The notes below the pieces were generated by a model that was given only the letters and a program-made list of their open reading frames with translations, made no database searches and was not told the origin of the DNA. A program made the position numbers and the translations under genes. This document shows positions 10,558-22,141 of a stretch of 46,078 bases of DNA, in pieces (position 1 is the first letter of the stretch; each line of letters opens with the position of its first letter). The DNA is from an uncultured Pelagibacteraceae bacterium (GTDB lineage Bacteria > Pseudomonadota > Alphaproteobacteria > Pelagibacterales > Pelagibacteraceae): the NCBI GenBank assembly GCA_902525295.1, contig CABZGR010000001.1:1-46078 (forward strand), read 5' to 3'.

Positions 10558-12084
10558 ATGAATTTAATTAAGTCAACAGGCACATTTAGTCTGTTTGTTA
10601 TACTAAGCAGAATTTTAGGATACATTAGAGACTTTTTCATAGCCATTTATCTTGGTTCAGGACCAATTGCTGATGCATTCTTTGTAGCATTTAGAATACC
10701 TAACACCTTTAGAAGATTATTTGCAGAAGGTACTTTTAATGCAGCATTTGTTCCATCTTACACATCAGAACTTTTGTCTAGTAAAAGAAAAGCGCAAAAG
10801 TTTGCAAACTCGATATTTAATTTATTAGTCTTAGCACTTTTAATTTTAATAATAGCAGTCGAGGTTTTTATGCCAAGTTTTGTAAAATTGATTGCACCAG
10901 GTTTCTCAGATATAAATGAAAAGTTCAAATTAGCAGTTGATTTAACAAGAATTACTTTTCCATTTTTATTTTTTATTAGCATAGCTTCTTTTTTTTCTGC
11001 AATTTTAAATTCTCATAATAAATTTGCCGCTGCTGCCGCTGCCCCACTCTTTTTAAATATTATATTAATTATATGTTTCTTTATTATTAAAAATGATACA
11101 AATTTAGTTTACCATTTAAGTTATGCAGTAACATTTGCTGGGATTATACAATTTATATTTTTAATTATTTTTACTAGAAAATATTTTTATCCAAGTTTAA
11201 ACCTTAATTTCCAAATAAATAATAAAATAAAATTCTTTTTTAAGAAGCTTTTGCCAAGCATTTTTTCATCTGGGGTTACTCAAATTAATATATTAGTTGG
11301 AACAATAATTGCTTCTTTCCAAGCAAGTGCAGTTTCATATTTGTATTATGCAGACAGAATATATCAGATAAACTTAGCAATAGCAGGAATTGCAATCGGT
11401 ATAATCATTTTACCCAACCTAACTAGATATGTTAAGAGCAAAAATAAATTAAAATTAGAAATTTTACAAAATAAGTCTTTAGAGCTAAGTTTATTTTTAA
11501 GTCTTCCTGCTACACTTGCATTAATTTTTGCTTCTGAAGAAATTGTTTCTGCGCTTTTTGGGTATGGATCTTTTAATGAAGAAAGTGTTAAAAATTCAGC
11601 TCTTGCATTATTTTATTTCGCATTGGGTCTACCTGCATTCTCAATGATAAAAATATTTTCAAGTTTTATATTTGCAAGAAATGATACTAAAACTCCTTTT
11701 TACTTTTCATTGGTTTCTGTAATTTTAAATATTGTTATTAGTGTATCTTTATTCAGTAAAATAGGGTTTATAATAATTCCTATAGCAACAAGTATTTCTT
11801 CTTGGTTGAATGGATTCTTACTTATGGTATTTGTCCTAAACAAAAATTACTTTAATTTCAACAAATCGTTTTTTATACAGCTATTTAAAATATTTATTGT
11901 AAATTTAATTTGTTTGGGATTATTTAAAATATTAATAAATTATTTTAGTAATTATTTTATATTTACAAATAGTTATAAATTTTTAGCAATTATATTATTA
12001 GTTCTTTTAACTTTTGCTTTTTATTTGTTAATTTCAATACTCATTAAGGCCTTTAAAATATCTGATATTAAATTAAACTATTAA
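10558..12084 (+). CDS. murJ: Lipid II flippase MurJ (MviN)
   Basis: SRILGYIRD, AFRIPNTFRRLFAEG, YLYYADR motifs; many TM segments. Confidence 0.97.
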   Translation: MNLIKSTGTFSLFVILSRILGYIRDFFIAIYLGSGPIADAFFVAFRIPNTFRRLFAEGTFNAAFVPSYTSELLSSKRKAQKFANSIFNLLVLALLILIIAVEVFMPSFVKLIAPGFSDINEKFKLAVDLTRITFPFLFFISIASFFSAILNSHNKFAAAAAAPLFLNIILIICFFIIKNDTNLVYHLSYAVTFAGIIQFIFLIIFTRKYFYPSLNLNFQINNKIKFFFKKLLPSIFSSGVTQINILVGTIIASFQASAVSYLYYADRIYQINLAIAGIAIGIIILPNLTRYVKSKNKLKLEILQNKSLELSLFLSLPATLALIFASEEIVSALFGYGSFNEESVKNSALALFYFALGLPAFSMIKIFSSFIFARNDTKTPFYFSLVSVILNIVISVSLFSKIGFIIIPIATSISSWLNGFLLMVFVLNKNYFNFNKSFFIQLFKIFIVNLICLGLFKILINYFSNYFIFTNSYKFLAIILLVLLTFAFYLLISILIKAFKISDIKLNY

Positions 12085-12087
12085 ATT

Positions 12088-13089
12088 ATGTCTAAAAAAA
12101 TTTTTTCAGGAGTTCAACCAACGGGAAATTTACATTTAGGGAATTATATAGGAGCAATAAAGAATTTTGTTGATTTACAAAAAAACAAAGATAACAACTG
12201 TATTTTTTGTGTTGTTGATCTTCATGCCATTACAGTAATGCAAGATCCAATAGAGTTAAAAAATAATATTAGAGAGACAGCGGCAGCATTTATCGCAAGC
12301 GGTATTGATCCTAAAAATAGTATAATATTTAATCAATCTTTAGTTCCCGCACATTCCGAGGGTTCCTGGATTTTAGGATGTGTTGCCAGAATGGGTTGGC
12401 TAAATAGAATGACACAATTCAAAGAGAAAGCCGGAAAAGATAAGGAAAAAGCTAGTGTTGGTCTATATATTTATCCAGTTTTAATGGCCTCTGATATTCT
12501 TTTATATGATGCTACTCATGTGCCAGTAGGAGATGATCAAAAACAACATTTAGAACTTTGTAGAGATATAGCTCAAAAATTTAATTACGAATATAAATGT
12601 CCAGATTTCTTAAGATCTCCTGAGCCTCTCATACAAAAACATTTTTCAAGAATAATGAGTTTGAAAGATGGCACAAAAAAAATGAGTAAGTCAGACATTG
12701 CTGAAGGTAGTAGGATCAACTTAACAGATACAGAAAATCAAATTATTAACAAAATAAAAAAAGCAAAGACAGATAATGATACTTTACCTGGAAATGAAGA
12801 TGGACTTAAAGGTAGACCTGAAGCAGAAAATTTAATGGGTATTTACTCTAGCCTAAGCAATCAAAATATTACTCAAACATTAAATGAATTTGAGGGAAAA
12901 AATTTTTCTGATTTAAAAAGTAAACTTTCCGAAATAATTGTGACTAAACTGTCACCTATATCAAAAGAAATTCAAAAATTGTTGTCAGATAAAAAATATA
13001 TAGATCAAATTTTAGTTGATGGTGCAGAAAAAGCACAGGATATTTCATCAAAAAAAGTAAAAAAAATAAAAGAAATAGTTGGTTTTTAA
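12088..13089 (+). CDS. trpS: Tryptophan--tRNA ligase
   Basis: [26 protein letters not shown]. Confidence 0.98.
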   Translation: MSKKIFSGVQPTGNLHLGNYIGAIKNFVDLQKNKDNNCIFCVVDLHAITVMQDPIELKNNIRETAAAFIASGIDPKNSIIFNQSLVPAHSEGSWILGCVARMGWLNRMTQFKEKAGKDKEKASVGLYIYPVLMASDILLYDATHVPVGDDQKQHLELCRDIAQKFNYEYKCPDFLRSPEPLIQKHFSRIMSLKDGTKKMSKSDIAEGSRINLTDTENQIINKIKKAKTDNDTLPGNEDGLKGRPEAENLMGIYSSLSNQNITQTLNEFEGKNFSDLKSKLSEIIVTKLSPISKEIQKLLSDKKYIDQILVDGAEKAQDISSKKVKKIKEIVGF

Positions 13090-13126
13090 TTATTTAATAT
13101 TTTGAAATAAACACTATATAGGAACT

Positions 13127-13669
13127 ATGTTTATACAAACTGAAAATACACCAAACCCAAACTCATTAAAGTTTTTACCTGGCAGGAAGGTATCTAATAA
13201 TGGTCCTTTAGAGGTTTTAAATGAAGAGGATACAAATAATTTATTGATAAAGAACTTATTACAGATAAACGGAGTAACTGGAGTATTTTTGGGTGAAGAT
13301 TTCTTTTCTATAAATAAAGAAGAGAATAAAAAATGGGAAGATATTCAGCATATTGTTATATCCTACGTAAATGAGTATTATGCAAATGGTAATACTTGCA
13401 TTATTGATAAAACAAATGAAGAAGAACAAAACAAAAATTTTTCAGAGATTGAAAAAAAAATTATAAGTATTTTAGATTCTAAAATCAGGCCCGCTGTTGC
13501 AAGAGATGGAGGAGATATAAAATTCCAAGAATTCAAGGATGGAAAAGTTAAAGTTTTGTTAAAAGGTAGTTGTTCAGGCTGTCCATCTTCAACTCTTACT
13601 TTAAAAAAAGGTGTTGAAAACTTGCTTTGTCATTATATTCCCGAAGTTAAAGAAGTTTTAGCTGTATAA
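13127..13669 (+). CDS. nfuA: NifU/NfuA-family Fe-S carrier
   Basis: MFIQTENTPNPNSLKF N-terminal domain; IRPAVARDGGD and GSCSGCPSS. Confidence 0.93.
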   Translation: MFIQTENTPNPNSLKFLPGRKVSNNGPLEVLNEEDTNNLLIKNLLQINGVTGVFLGEDFFSINKEENKKWEDIQHIVISYVNEYYANGNTCIIDKTNEEEQNKNFSEIEKKIISILDSKIRPAVARDGGDIKFQEFKDGKVKVLLKGSCSGCPSSTLTLKKGVENLLCHYIPEVKEVLAV

Positions 13670-13697
13670 ATAATCAATAATAATTATATTGAAATTA

Positions 13698-14789
13698 ATG
13701 GTTAAACGTACAAAAATTAAAAACAACAAACTTAAGCAAAAGAAAAATAATATACTTAGATTTTCAGCAATTAGCCTATTAGTTATTTTCTCATTTTTTA
13801 CTTTACCAACTGTAAACAATTTTTTAGATAAAAATTTAAATTTCAAAAAATCTATCATATCAAACGCTGGAATAAATTTTGATCAAGAACTAGAAAAAAG
13901 AAAAAAAACCCTTGATGATGGGCAAGAAACTAAAACAAATAAACTAAATCTAAAAAATATTTTTGCCGATATTGATTTTTTCAGTACAGATGACGAGGGA
14001 CAGAATTCAATAAGATTTGATGCAAGAACTATTGAGCAATTGTTTAAAGATACAAATTATAATCTTGAAAGAGTTAGAGAGACTAAGTTAGTAAATATAG
14101 GCAATAAAATTGACCATCTTCCAAAAGAGATTAAAAGTATTGAGAGTTCAAAAAAAAGGAAGAGACTATTTATTCAAATAGTTTTACCTTTAATTGTTGA
14201 AGAGAACGCTAAAATTCGACTTGATAGAAAAAAATTATTTAGAATATTGGCTAAGAATATCAACACGCAAAATGAAAAAAATTGGTTAAAAGAAAAATTC
14301 AAACAATATGGTTTAAAAGATGGAGATTTTTATTCACTGAAAGTTAGAATGGATGAAATACCTGTCTCATTAGCACTTGCTCAAGCCGCTAAAGAAACTG
14401 GATGGGGGACATCCAGATTTGCACAAGAGGGTAATGCATTATTTGGACAATGGACTTGGAATGGGGAAGGAATAAGACCAGCAGGTGTAGATAAAGATGC
14501 AAAACACAAAGTTGCAAAGTTTGCAGTTCTCAAAGCATCAGTAAGAGCATATCAGCGAAATTTAAATACTCATAGCAGTTATATTGAATTTAGAAAAGAA
14601 AGAGCAATTCAAAGAGACAACGATGAAAAATTAAACAGTTTAAAGCTGGTAAATTTTTTAGATAAATATGCGGAAACTGGGCAACAATACATTGATGTAT
14701 TAAAACAAATTATAAAGCAAAATTCTCTTACGGATTTTGATGATGTAAATGTAATGCCTACAAGTAATAAGACTAAAAAATTAATTTAA
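13698..14789 (+). CDS. Bax-like GH73 glucosaminidase-domain protein, membrane anchored
   Basis: PVSLALAQAAKETGWGTSRFAQEGNALFGQW, NLNTH and YA motifs; N-terminal TM segment. ATG 13698 (alternative TTG 13689). Confidence 0.88.
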   Translation: MVKRTKIKNNKLKQKKNNILRFSAISLLVIFSFFTLPTVNNFLDKNLNFKKSIISNAGINFDQELEKRKKTLDDGQETKTNKLNLKNIFADIDFFSTDDEGQNSIRFDARTIEQLFKDTNYNLERVRETKLVNIGNKIDHLPKEIKSIESSKKRKRLFIQIVLPLIVEENAKIRLDRKKLFRILAKNINTQNEKNWLKEKFKQYGLKDGDFYSLKVRMDEIPVSLALAQAAKETGWGTSRFAQEGNALFGQWTWNGEGIRPAGVDKDAKHKVAKFAVLKASVRAYQRNLNTHSSYIEFRKERAIQRDNDEKLNSLKLVNFLDKYAETGQQYIDVLKQIIKQNSLTDFDDVNVMPTSNKTKKLI

Positions 14790-15838
14790 TTTTGAACAAA
14801 TTGGAAACCTGAAAATCTCCACCCACTTTCGTCTTTTAAAGAACAGTTAATTCTCCCTCTTCTTTCGACAAATTTTTCTGCAAAATTAATATTTAATATA
14901 TTGTCAATTAAGACAATTTTTGTTTTTCTCCATTTTGAACCTTCATTTGAAAAGCAATTAATGTTTTCTAAATTTATTTGATCTTTAAAAAATTCTATCG
15001 TCATTTTAGGTGGGTTTTCTATATCATTCATAAATTTGTTTTCTGGTTTTACAATTTTATACTGAAGTGGCAAATAAGATATTACCTCTTTAAATCTTTT
15101 TATTTCTCCATATTTTTCGTTTATAGGGAATCTTGGTAGTTCATATCTATCTTTGTTTAAATCAATAACACCTGAATGTTGGCCAAATGCAAATTCAAAA
15201 TAGTTTGAAATATAATTTTTCTGATCTAAATTATATTCACCAAAGGGATATGAAAAAAAACTTGGATTATAACCTAATTTATCATTAAAAATTTTAATTG
15301 ATTTCTCGATATCATCTACAAATTTTTGAAAAGTAAATTTAGTTAAATAATCATGTGAGTGTGAGTGATTACCGATGTAAGCAAAGTTCTCTTTTTCCAC
15401 TTCTTTTATTTGGTTCCAACTCATATATCCTTTATTTCCAACAGCTTCCGTTGAGACAAATAAAATAAAAGGAATTTTTTCTTCTTTTAAAATTGGCCAA
15501 GCATTTTCGTAAAATGATGTAAATGCATCATCAATAGTTAGTAAAATTTTTTTTTGTTTCTTAACCTCTTTAAAATTTTTTGAAAATTCACCAGGATTAT
15601 AAAAATTATAGTTGCTATCTTTTATTAAATTAATATGTTTTTTAAATATACCTAATCTTATATTTGTAGATGGATACTTATTTTCTTCAAATCTGTGATA
15701 CATAATCGCCAAAACACCCTTTTCATCTTTAAAATATTTTTTATTTACTACGTCAGCTTTAACGTTTAAAAAAATAATAAAAAAAATGAATACTTTAGTT
15801 ATTAACGCTGCAGATGATAAAATTTTATTTTCTCTCAT
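14786..15838 (-). CDS. Polysaccharide deacetylase (CE4), secreted
   Basis: MYHRF, LTIDDA, NHSHSH, FSYPFGEY, LPRF motifs; signal-like N-terminus; start uncertain. Confidence 0.9.
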   Translation of the reverse strand: MRENKILSSAALITKVFIFFIIFLNVKADVVNKKYFKDEKGVLAIMYHRFEENKYPSTNIRLGIFKKHINLIKDSNYNFYNPGEFSKNFKEVKKQKKILLTIDDAFTSFYENAWPILKEEKIPFILFVSTEAVGNKGYMSWNQIKEVEKENFAYIGNHSHSHDYLTKFTFQKFVDDIEKSIKIFNDKLGYNPSFFSYPFGEYNLDQKNYISNYFEFAFGQHSGVIDLNKDRYELPRFPINEKYGEIKRFKEVISYLPLQYKIVKPENKFMNDIENPPKMTIEFFKDQINLENINCFSNEGSKWRKTKIVLIDNILNINFAEKFVERRGRINCSLKDESGWRFSGFQFVQN

Positions 15839-16163
15839 AACTAATACAGAATCTTATACCACCGCTTATATAAACTGTAGGGAAAATTTTGACAAAATAA
15901 TGATATTAATTTTAAATTTCCTTAAAGAACATAATTCAAATTTAGATAAAATAAGTGAAATATTTGTCAACCAAGGTCCTGGCAAAGTCTCAAGTATCAG
16001 AAATTCAATAGCAATTGCTAAAGGTATTGCTTTTGCAAAAAATATTGATTTATATGGATTTTTGAGTGAACATTTGACCAATAAAAACTTAGATCAATTA
16101 GTAAAAATTGATAAGAAAAATTTTACAAATATTAATTTGATTAAACCCCTTTACTCGAGTTAA
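15786..16163 (+). CDS. tsaB: TsaB-like tRNA t6A biosynthesis protein, truncated and divergent
   Basis: IFVNQGPG...IR...AIAKGI resembles the TsaB GPGSFTGxR region; position before fur/miaB; only 125 aa. Confidence 0.7.
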   Translation: MNTLVINAADDKILFSLITNTESYTTAYINCRENFDKIMILILNFLKEHNSNLDKISEIFVNQGPGKVSSIRNSIAIAKGIAFAKNIDLYGFLSEHLTNKNLDQLVKIDKKNFTNINLIKPLYSS

Positions 16164-16171
16164 AATATATT

Positions 16172-16591
16172 ATGTTAGAAACTATCGAAGAAAAATGCCA
16201 AAAAAATGGAGTTAAGCTCACTGATCAAAGAAGGATAATTGCTAGAGTAATCTCCGAATCGAAAAAAACATACGGAGAGTCTGACCATCCAGACGTAGAT
16301 GAGTTATATAACAGAGTTTCTCAAATAGACTCTAAAATTAGTATTGCTACAGTATATAGAACAGTTAAACTTTTTGAAGAAGCAGGTATTTTAACAAAAC
16401 ACGATTTTAAGTCTGGTAAGGCTAGATATGAATTAAATGATGATCATAATCATTTAATTGATATTAAAACAGGAGAAATTATAGAATTTGTTGACGAAGA
16501 GATCGAAGAGTTACAAAAAAAAATTGCTGACAAATATGGTTATAAGCTGGTTGATCATAAATTAGAATTGTACGGTATCAAAAAAAAATAA
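16172..16591 (+). CDS. fur: Fur/Mur-family transcriptional regulator
   Basis: LTDQRRII, HPDVDELY, SIATVYRT, HNHLID, HKLELYG; upstream of miaB as in alphaproteobacteria. Confidence 0.93.
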   Translation: MLETIEEKCQKNGVKLTDQRRIIARVISESKKTYGESDHPDVDELYNRVSQIDSKISIATVYRTVKLFEEAGILTKHDFKSGKARYELNDDHNHLIDIKTGEIIEFVDEEIEELQKKIADKYGYKLVDHKLELYGIKKK

Positions 16592-16594
16592 TTC

Positions 16595-17926
16595 ATGCGT
16601 AAAAAGATTTTTATAAAGACATTTGGTTGTCAAATGAATGAATACGACTCTAATAGGATATACGATGCTGTTAAAGCAATAGGATATAATAAAACAGAAA
16701 ATCAAGATGATGCTGACTGTTATATTTTAAACACTTGTCACATTCGAGATAAGGCTAAGGATAAAGTTTATCATGAGATTGGAAGAGTTAAAAAATTATA
16801 CAAAGATAAAAAAAAACCAATCATTGTTGTTGCAGGTTGCGTTGCGCAAGCTGAAAATACTGAGATGCTTAATAGAGAAAAATATATAGATTTAGTTATA
16901 GGTCCACAATCCTATCAAAAAATAAATAATCTTTTAAAGAATTTTGAGGAAGAAAATAAAGTTGAAGAAACTGAATTTGATTCTGTTTCCAAGTTTAGGT
17001 ACTTCGATAATATTAAAAATAACAATACTAGTGTTTCATCTTTCTTAACAATCCAAGAGGGATGTGACAAGTTCTGTCATTTTTGTGTTGTCCCTTATAC
17101 GAGAGGTCCGGAGTACTCTAGACCATTTAAAAACATTATTGATGAAGCTGAGAGATTGATAAAAAACGGATCCAGAGAAATAACTTTTCTTGGTCAAAAC
17201 GTAAATGCATATTCTTACATAGATGGATCCAGAGAATACCGGCTGTCAGATCTTATTAATACAATAAGCAAATACGACGAAATAAAAAGAATTAGATACA
17301 CCACATCTCATCCAAGAGATATGACAGATGATCTTATTGAATGTTATAAAAATTCAAAAAAATTAATGCCTTTCGTTCATTTACCAATTCAAAGCGGTTC
17401 TGACAGAATATTAAAAATAATGAACAGAAAGCATACGGTAAATTATTATTTGAATATTTATGAAAAATTAATCAAAATTAATCCTGATATAAAATTTTCT
17501 AGTGACTTTATTATTGGATACCCTGGAGAAACCGAGAATGATTTTAAAGAAACCATAAATTTAGTTAATAAAATTAAATTTATAAATTCATTCTCATTTA
17601 TTTTTAGTCCAAGACCAGGGACAAAGGCTGCAGAATTAGAGATTACTGATAAAGATAAACTTAAAAATAGGCTCATAACTATTCAAAAAAAATTATTTAG
17701 CAATCAAATAGAATTGAATAAATCTTTAGAAGGCAAAACTTTAGAAGTACTTGTAGAAAATAAACTTAAAAACCAAAATAAGTTTTTTGGAAGAAATAAA
17801 TTTTTAAATTCAGTAATTTTTGATGGTAATGAAAGTCATATTGGCAAATTAATTAAAGTTAATATTGAAAAAAGTAATCAAAATTCTCTATTTGGCAAAA
17901 TAACAGATGAAATGAAAGCAGCATAA
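16595..17926 (+). CDS. miaB: tRNA-i6A37 methylthiotransferase
   Basis: TFGCQMNEYDS, radical SAM CDKFCHFC, C-terminal TRAM domain. Confidence 0.97.
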   Translation: MRKKIFIKTFGCQMNEYDSNRIYDAVKAIGYNKTENQDDADCYILNTCHIRDKAKDKVYHEIGRVKKLYKDKKKPIIVVAGCVAQAENTEMLNREKYIDLVIGPQSYQKINNLLKNFEEENKVEETEFDSVSKFRYFDNIKNNNTSVSSFLTIQEGCDKFCHFCVVPYTRGPEYSRPFKNIIDEAERLIKNGSREITFLGQNVNAYSYIDGSREYRLSDLINTISKYDEIKRIRYTTSHPRDMTDDLIECYKNSKKLMPFVHLPIQSGSDRILKIMNRKHTVNYYLNIYEKLIKINPDIKFSSDFIIGYPGETENDFKETINLVNKIKFINSFSFIFSPRPGTKAAELEITDKDKLKNRLITIQKKLFSNQIELNKSLEGKTLEVLVENKLKNQNKFFGRNKFLNSVIFDGNESHIGKLIKVNIEKSNQNSLFGKITDEMKAA

Positions 17927-17927
17927 T

Positions 17928-18935
17928 TTGAAAAATTTTGCAAAATCAAAAATTAATCCTGATTTAAAATATGTATATTCAGAAAATAATACCTTAAGTA
18001 TTGTATTTCAAAGCAATGAATTACTTTTAGGTGTTTTAGGAGAATTTAATAATAACTTAAAAGAATTAGAAAAAATTACAAATACTAGCATTTACTCTAG
18101 AGGAAACTCAATTTTATTAAAAAATACTCCTGAAAAAAATGAAATAATAAAGAACGCAATTCAATTTCTTGTAGATCAATTTTTAAATAATGGAACATTA
18201 GAAAAAAAGGATATAGAGTCATCAGTAAACAAATTTATGATTGATGAAAAAGTTACAAATAAAAGTGGAAATATTGAATACATAATAAAAACTCCGAAAA
18301 AATCTGTAATACCTAGATCAGAGAAACAAAAAAATTATATAAGAGCATTAAAAGAGGCAGATATTGTTATTTCTGCAGGTCCAGCGGGAACTGGTAAAAC
18401 TTTTTTAGCTGTAGCAGTCGCTCTAACAATGTTACTGGATAAAAAAATAGAGCGGATTATTTTATCTAGACCAGCAGTAGAAGCAGGCGAGAGATTAGGT
18501 TTTTTACCAGGTGATATGAGAGAAAAAGTTGATCCTTATTTAAGACCCCTTTACGACTCATTATATGACCTATTAGATTTTGAAAAAATTCAAAAAAAAA
18601 TAGAAGTTGGAGATATTGAAATTGCACCACTTGCTTTTATGAGGGGAAGAACTTTAAAAAACTCTTTTGCAATTCTTGATGAAGCACAAAATGCCACTGA
18701 TACTCAAATAAAAATGTTCTTAACAAGAATTGGTGAAAATTCCAAAATAGTTATTAACGGTGACCCTTCCCAAATAGACTTACCTAATAAAACCATGTCA
18801 GGTTTAAACAGATCAAAACAATTACTTGGTCATTTAAAGGAGATATCTGTCGTAGATTTCGATCATACTGATGTTGTAAGACATCCGTTAGTTTCTAAGA
18901 TAGTCAAGGCTTATTCTGATAAAAATTCAGATTAA
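17928..18935 (+). CDS. phoH: PhoH-family ATPase (YbeZ)
   Basis: GPAGTGKT, RPAVEAGERLGFLPG, FMRGRTL, DEAQN. Confidence 0.96.
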   Translation: MKNFAKSKINPDLKYVYSENNTLSIVFQSNELLLGVLGEFNNNLKELEKITNTSIYSRGNSILLKNTPEKNEIIKNAIQFLVDQFLNNGTLEKKDIESSVNKFMIDEKVTNKSGNIEYIIKTPKKSVIPRSEKQKNYIRALKEADIVISAGPAGTGKTFLAVAVALTMLLDKKIERIILSRPAVEAGERLGFLPGDMREKVDPYLRPLYDSLYDLLDFEKIQKKIEVGDIEIAPLAFMRGRTLKNSFAILDEAQNATDTQIKMFLTRIGENSKIVINGDPSQIDLPNKTMSGLNRSKQLLGHLKEISVVDFDHTDVVRHPLVSKIVKAYSDKNSD

Positions 18936-19381
18936 TGATTAAAGCCAACATAGTTGTAGACAAAAAAATTTGGAAAAAAAAATTAAATAAACCAGAAATT
19001 TACTTCAAAAAGAAATTAAATAAATTATCTAAATTAAGCTCCTTTAAAAATAAAAAGCATGAATTTACTGTAATGCTTACTAATAATAAAAAAATGAAAG
19101 ATTTAAATTCAAAATTTAGAAATAAAAATATTTCAACAGACGTCCTTTCTTTCCCTTTAAAAGTTAAGTTAAAAAATAAATTATATTTAGGAGATATAGC
19201 AATTTCTTTTGAAATAATTAATAGAAGATCAAAATCATCTAGTTTTGATCATGAATTAGATAAAATGTGGATACATGGTTATTTACATCTTTTAGGACAT
19301 GATCATAAAAAAAATAAAGATTATTATTTAATGAAAAAAAAAGAAAATTTAATATTTAAAAAATTGAATAAAATAAATTGA
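18935..19381 (+). CDS. ybeY: Endoribonuclease YbeY
   Basis: TDVLSFP, LGDI, HGYLHLLGHDH. Confidence 0.96.
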   Translation: MIKANIVVDKKIWKKKLNKPEIYFKKKLNKLSKLSSFKNKKHEFTVMLTNNKKMKDLNSKFRNKNISTDVLSFPLKVKLKNKLYLGDIAISFEIINRRSKSSSFDHELDKMWIHGYLHLLGHDHKKNKDYYLMKKKENLIFKKLNKIN

Positions 19382-20898
19382 AATCTATTTTACAAAATAA
19401 AACTTGTCTATATTTAATATGTTTATTTTTAGGTATAATAACATCATTCAGTTTACCGCCATATAATTTTGTATTAATTAATCTTTTAACACTTCCGACA
19501 TTACTTTATATATTAATAAATTATACCCACAAAAAAATCATTTCATTTTTTGTTGGTTGGATATTTGGATTTGGTTATTTTATTTCTAACATTTATTGGA
19601 TTACAAATTCTTTGACATTTGATGTAAAATTTAAATTTATTATTCCATTTGCATTAATATTAATTCCTCTATTTTTGGGAATATTTTATGGGTTAGTTAC
19701 TTTTGTATGCAATTTTTTTAATTTAAAAAATAAAATCTCATCAATCTTAATATTTTCAATTATTTTTGGTGGAATTGAATTTCTAAGAAGTTTTATTTTC
19801 GGGGGTTTTCCGTGGAATTTAGTTGTTTTTAGTCTTTCAAATAATTTACCTTCTTTACAAATTTTATCCTATATAGGCACTTATTCATTAAATTTATTAT
19901 CAATAACTATATTTTTATTACCAGTAATATTTTTTTTTAAATATAAAAGCTTAACTAAGTTATTAATTTTTAGTCTTGGTCTAATTTTAGTAGCAATCAA
20001 TTTTTTATATGGAAATTTGACTATTAAAAATTTTGAAAAAAAAAAATATGATAATTTAAGTTCCATTATTCGAGTTATTTCTCCAAATATACCAATTGAA
20101 AGATTTTTAACAAACCAAGACACAGAAAAAAATATAGATGAATTAATTACTTTAAGTGATCCAAATAAAGATAAAAAAAAAATATTTATTTTTCCTGAAG
20201 GAATAATTACTAGTATTTATTTTAAAGATCTAAAATTATTTAAAAATATCTTTAAAAATAAATTAAATATTAATCATAAAGTTATATTGGGAATTAATAC
20301 TATTAAGCAAAATAAAATTTACAATTCCTTAGTAGTATTAAATAACGAGTCTGAATTGTTGTATAAATATAACAAAAATAAACTAGTGCCATTTGGGGAA
20401 TTTTTACCTTTTGAAAATTTCTTCAAAAGTGTAGGTTTAAAAAAAATAACCCAAGGATATCAATCATTTTCAGCTGATAATAAAAGGGAAATTTTCGACA
20501 TTGATGAATTAAAATTTATCCCACTTATTTGTTATGAAATTATTTATTCAGGAAAAATTAATACAAATAAAAAATATTACGATTTTATATTAAATATTTC
20601 CGAGGATGGGTGGTTTGGCAAATCTATTGGACCCGCCCAACATTTATCACATTCGATATTCAGATCAATTGAAGAGGGAAAAAATGTTATTAGGTCAACA
20701 AACAATGGAGTATCTGCTTTTGTTAATCCCAAAGGTCAGATTATTAAACAAATTAGTGAGAAAGGATACTTTGATGTAAATAAAATCATACGTGTTGATA
20801 AAACTTATTTTGCTAAACACGGCAATAAGATCTTCTTTTATTTTGTTCTAATTTATACTACTTTCATTGTGATTTTAAAAATTAGGGAGAATAAATGA
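19378..20898 (+). CDS. lnt: Apolipoprotein N-acyltransferase
   Basis: [36 protein letters not shown]; multiple TMs. Confidence 0.95.
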   Translation: MKSILQNKTCLYLICLFLGIITSFSLPPYNFVLINLLTLPTLLYILINYTHKKIISFFVGWIFGFGYFISNIYWITNSLTFDVKFKFIIPFALILIPLFLGIFYGLVTFVCNFFNLKNKISSILIFSIIFGGIEFLRSFIFGGFPWNLVVFSLSNNLPSLQILSYIGTYSLNLLSITIFLLPVIFFFKYKSLTKLLIFSLGLILVAINFLYGNLTIKNFEKKKYDNLSSIIRVISPNIPIERFLTNQDTEKNIDELITLSDPNKDKKKIFIFPEGIITSIYFKDLKLFKNIFKNKLNINHKVILGINTIKQNKIYNSLVVLNNESELLYKYNKNKLVPFGEFLPFENFFKSVGLKKITQGYQSFSADNKREIFDIDELKFIPLICYEIIYSGKINTNKKYYDFILNISEDGWFGKSIGPAQHLSHSIFRSIEEGKNVIRSTNNGVSAFVNPKGQIIKQISEKGYFDVNKIIRVDKTYFAKHGNKIFFYFVLIYTTFIVILKIRENK

Positions 20899-22058
20899 AA
20901 AAAGATTACTTATTTACTAGCGAGTCAGTGTCTGAAGGTCATCCAGATAAAGTTTGCGATAGAATTTCAGATATGGTTGTAGATACATATTTGGCAGCCG
21001 AACCTCAATCAAGAGTTGCTTGTGAAACTTTAACAACAACTAACAAAGTTGTATTAGCTGGTGAAGTAAGAGGTCCAGAAATTAAAAAAGAAGATTTAAT
21101 AGAAAAAGTAAGATATTGCATTAAAGATATAGGTTATGATCAAAAGGGATTTACTTGGAAAGAGGCAACTTCAGTTGAAAGTCATTTACATGCTCAATCT
21201 TCTGACATTGCTATGGGTGTAGATTCTTCTGGAAATAAAGATGAAGGTGCTGGTGACCAAGGTATAATGTTTGGTTATGCATGCAGTGAAACAGATGTTC
21301 TTATGCCGGCGCCAATACATTATTCTCATAAAATATTAAGGCTTATGGCGGAGGATAGAAAATCGGGAAAGTTAAAATATATAGAACCAGACTCAAAAAG
21401 CCAAATAACAATTGAATATAAGGATGGAAAGCCATCATCAGTTAAATCTGTAGTTATATCAACTCAACACTCACCTGATGTAAATCAAGCTCAAGTGAGA
21501 GATCTAGTCAAACCTTATATTGAAAGATCAATACCTAAAGATTTATTAAATTCATTGGATGAAAATGAAATTTATGTAAATCCTACAGGAAATTTTGTAA
21601 TTGGGGGTCCGGACGGAGATAGTGGTTTGACAGGTAGAAAAATTATTGTTGATACATATGGTGGAGCTGCCCCACACGGTGGAGGAGCATTTTCTGGGAA
21701 AGATCCTACAAAGGTTGATAGATCGGCTGCTTACGCATCCAGATATTTGGCAAAAAATGTTGTAGCATCTAAATTTGCTGACAAATGTTTAATTCAACTT
21801 GCGTATGCTATAGGTGTATCGAAACCTTTATCAATTTATGTTGATTTATTTGATAATGATGATGAAAAAAATAAACATGTAGAAAAAATTATTCATGAAA
21901 ATTTTGATTTAAGCCCCAGAGGTATAAGAGAGATGTTAGGCTTAAATAAACCAATATATGAAAAAACAGCAGCATATGGACACTTCGGAAGAATTCCAGA
22001 TAAGCAAGGCTCATTTTCATGGGAAAAGACAGATAAATCAGACATATTTAGTAAGTAA
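20895..22058 (+). CDS. metK: S-adenosylmethionine synthase
   Basis: [28 protein letters not shown]. Confidence 0.99.
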   Translation: MKKDYLFTSESVSEGHPDKVCDRISDMVVDTYLAAEPQSRVACETLTTTNKVVLAGEVRGPEIKKEDLIEKVRYCIKDIGYDQKGFTWKEATSVESHLHAQSSDIAMGVDSSGNKDEGAGDQGIMFGYACSETDVLMPAPIHYSHKILRLMAEDRKSGKLKYIEPDSKSQITIEYKDGKPSSVKSVVISTQHSPDVNQAQVRDLVKPYIERSIPKDLLNSLDENEIYVNPTGNFVIGGPDGDSGLTGRKIIVDTYGGAAPHGGGAFSGKDPTKVDRSAAYASRYLAKNVVASKFADKCLIQLAYAIGVSKPLSIYVDLFDNDDEKNKHVEKIIHENFDLSPRGIREMLGLNKPIYEKTAAYGHFGRIPDKQGSFSWEKTDKSDIFSK

Positions 22059-22064
22059 ATAAAG

Positions 22065-22092
22065 TTGAATATTAAAAAAAAATAAATATATT
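22065..22092 (+). promoter_or_regulatory. Putative sigma70 promoter of the nusA operon
   Basis: TTGAAT (22065-22070), N16, TATATT (22087-22092); AT-rich context lowers specificity. Confidence 0.45.
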
Positions 22093-22114
22093 TCATTTAC
22101 ATTATTGAAATTTC

Positions 22115-22141
22115 AAAATGGGCTTCGGCCCATTTTTTTTT
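22115..22141 (+). terminator. Intrinsic terminator / rimP-leader-type attenuator upstream of nusA
   Basis: Perfect stem AAAATGGGC-TTCG-GCCCATTTT with a T9 run (22133-22141), ending 12 nt before the nusA ATG. Confidence 0.85.
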
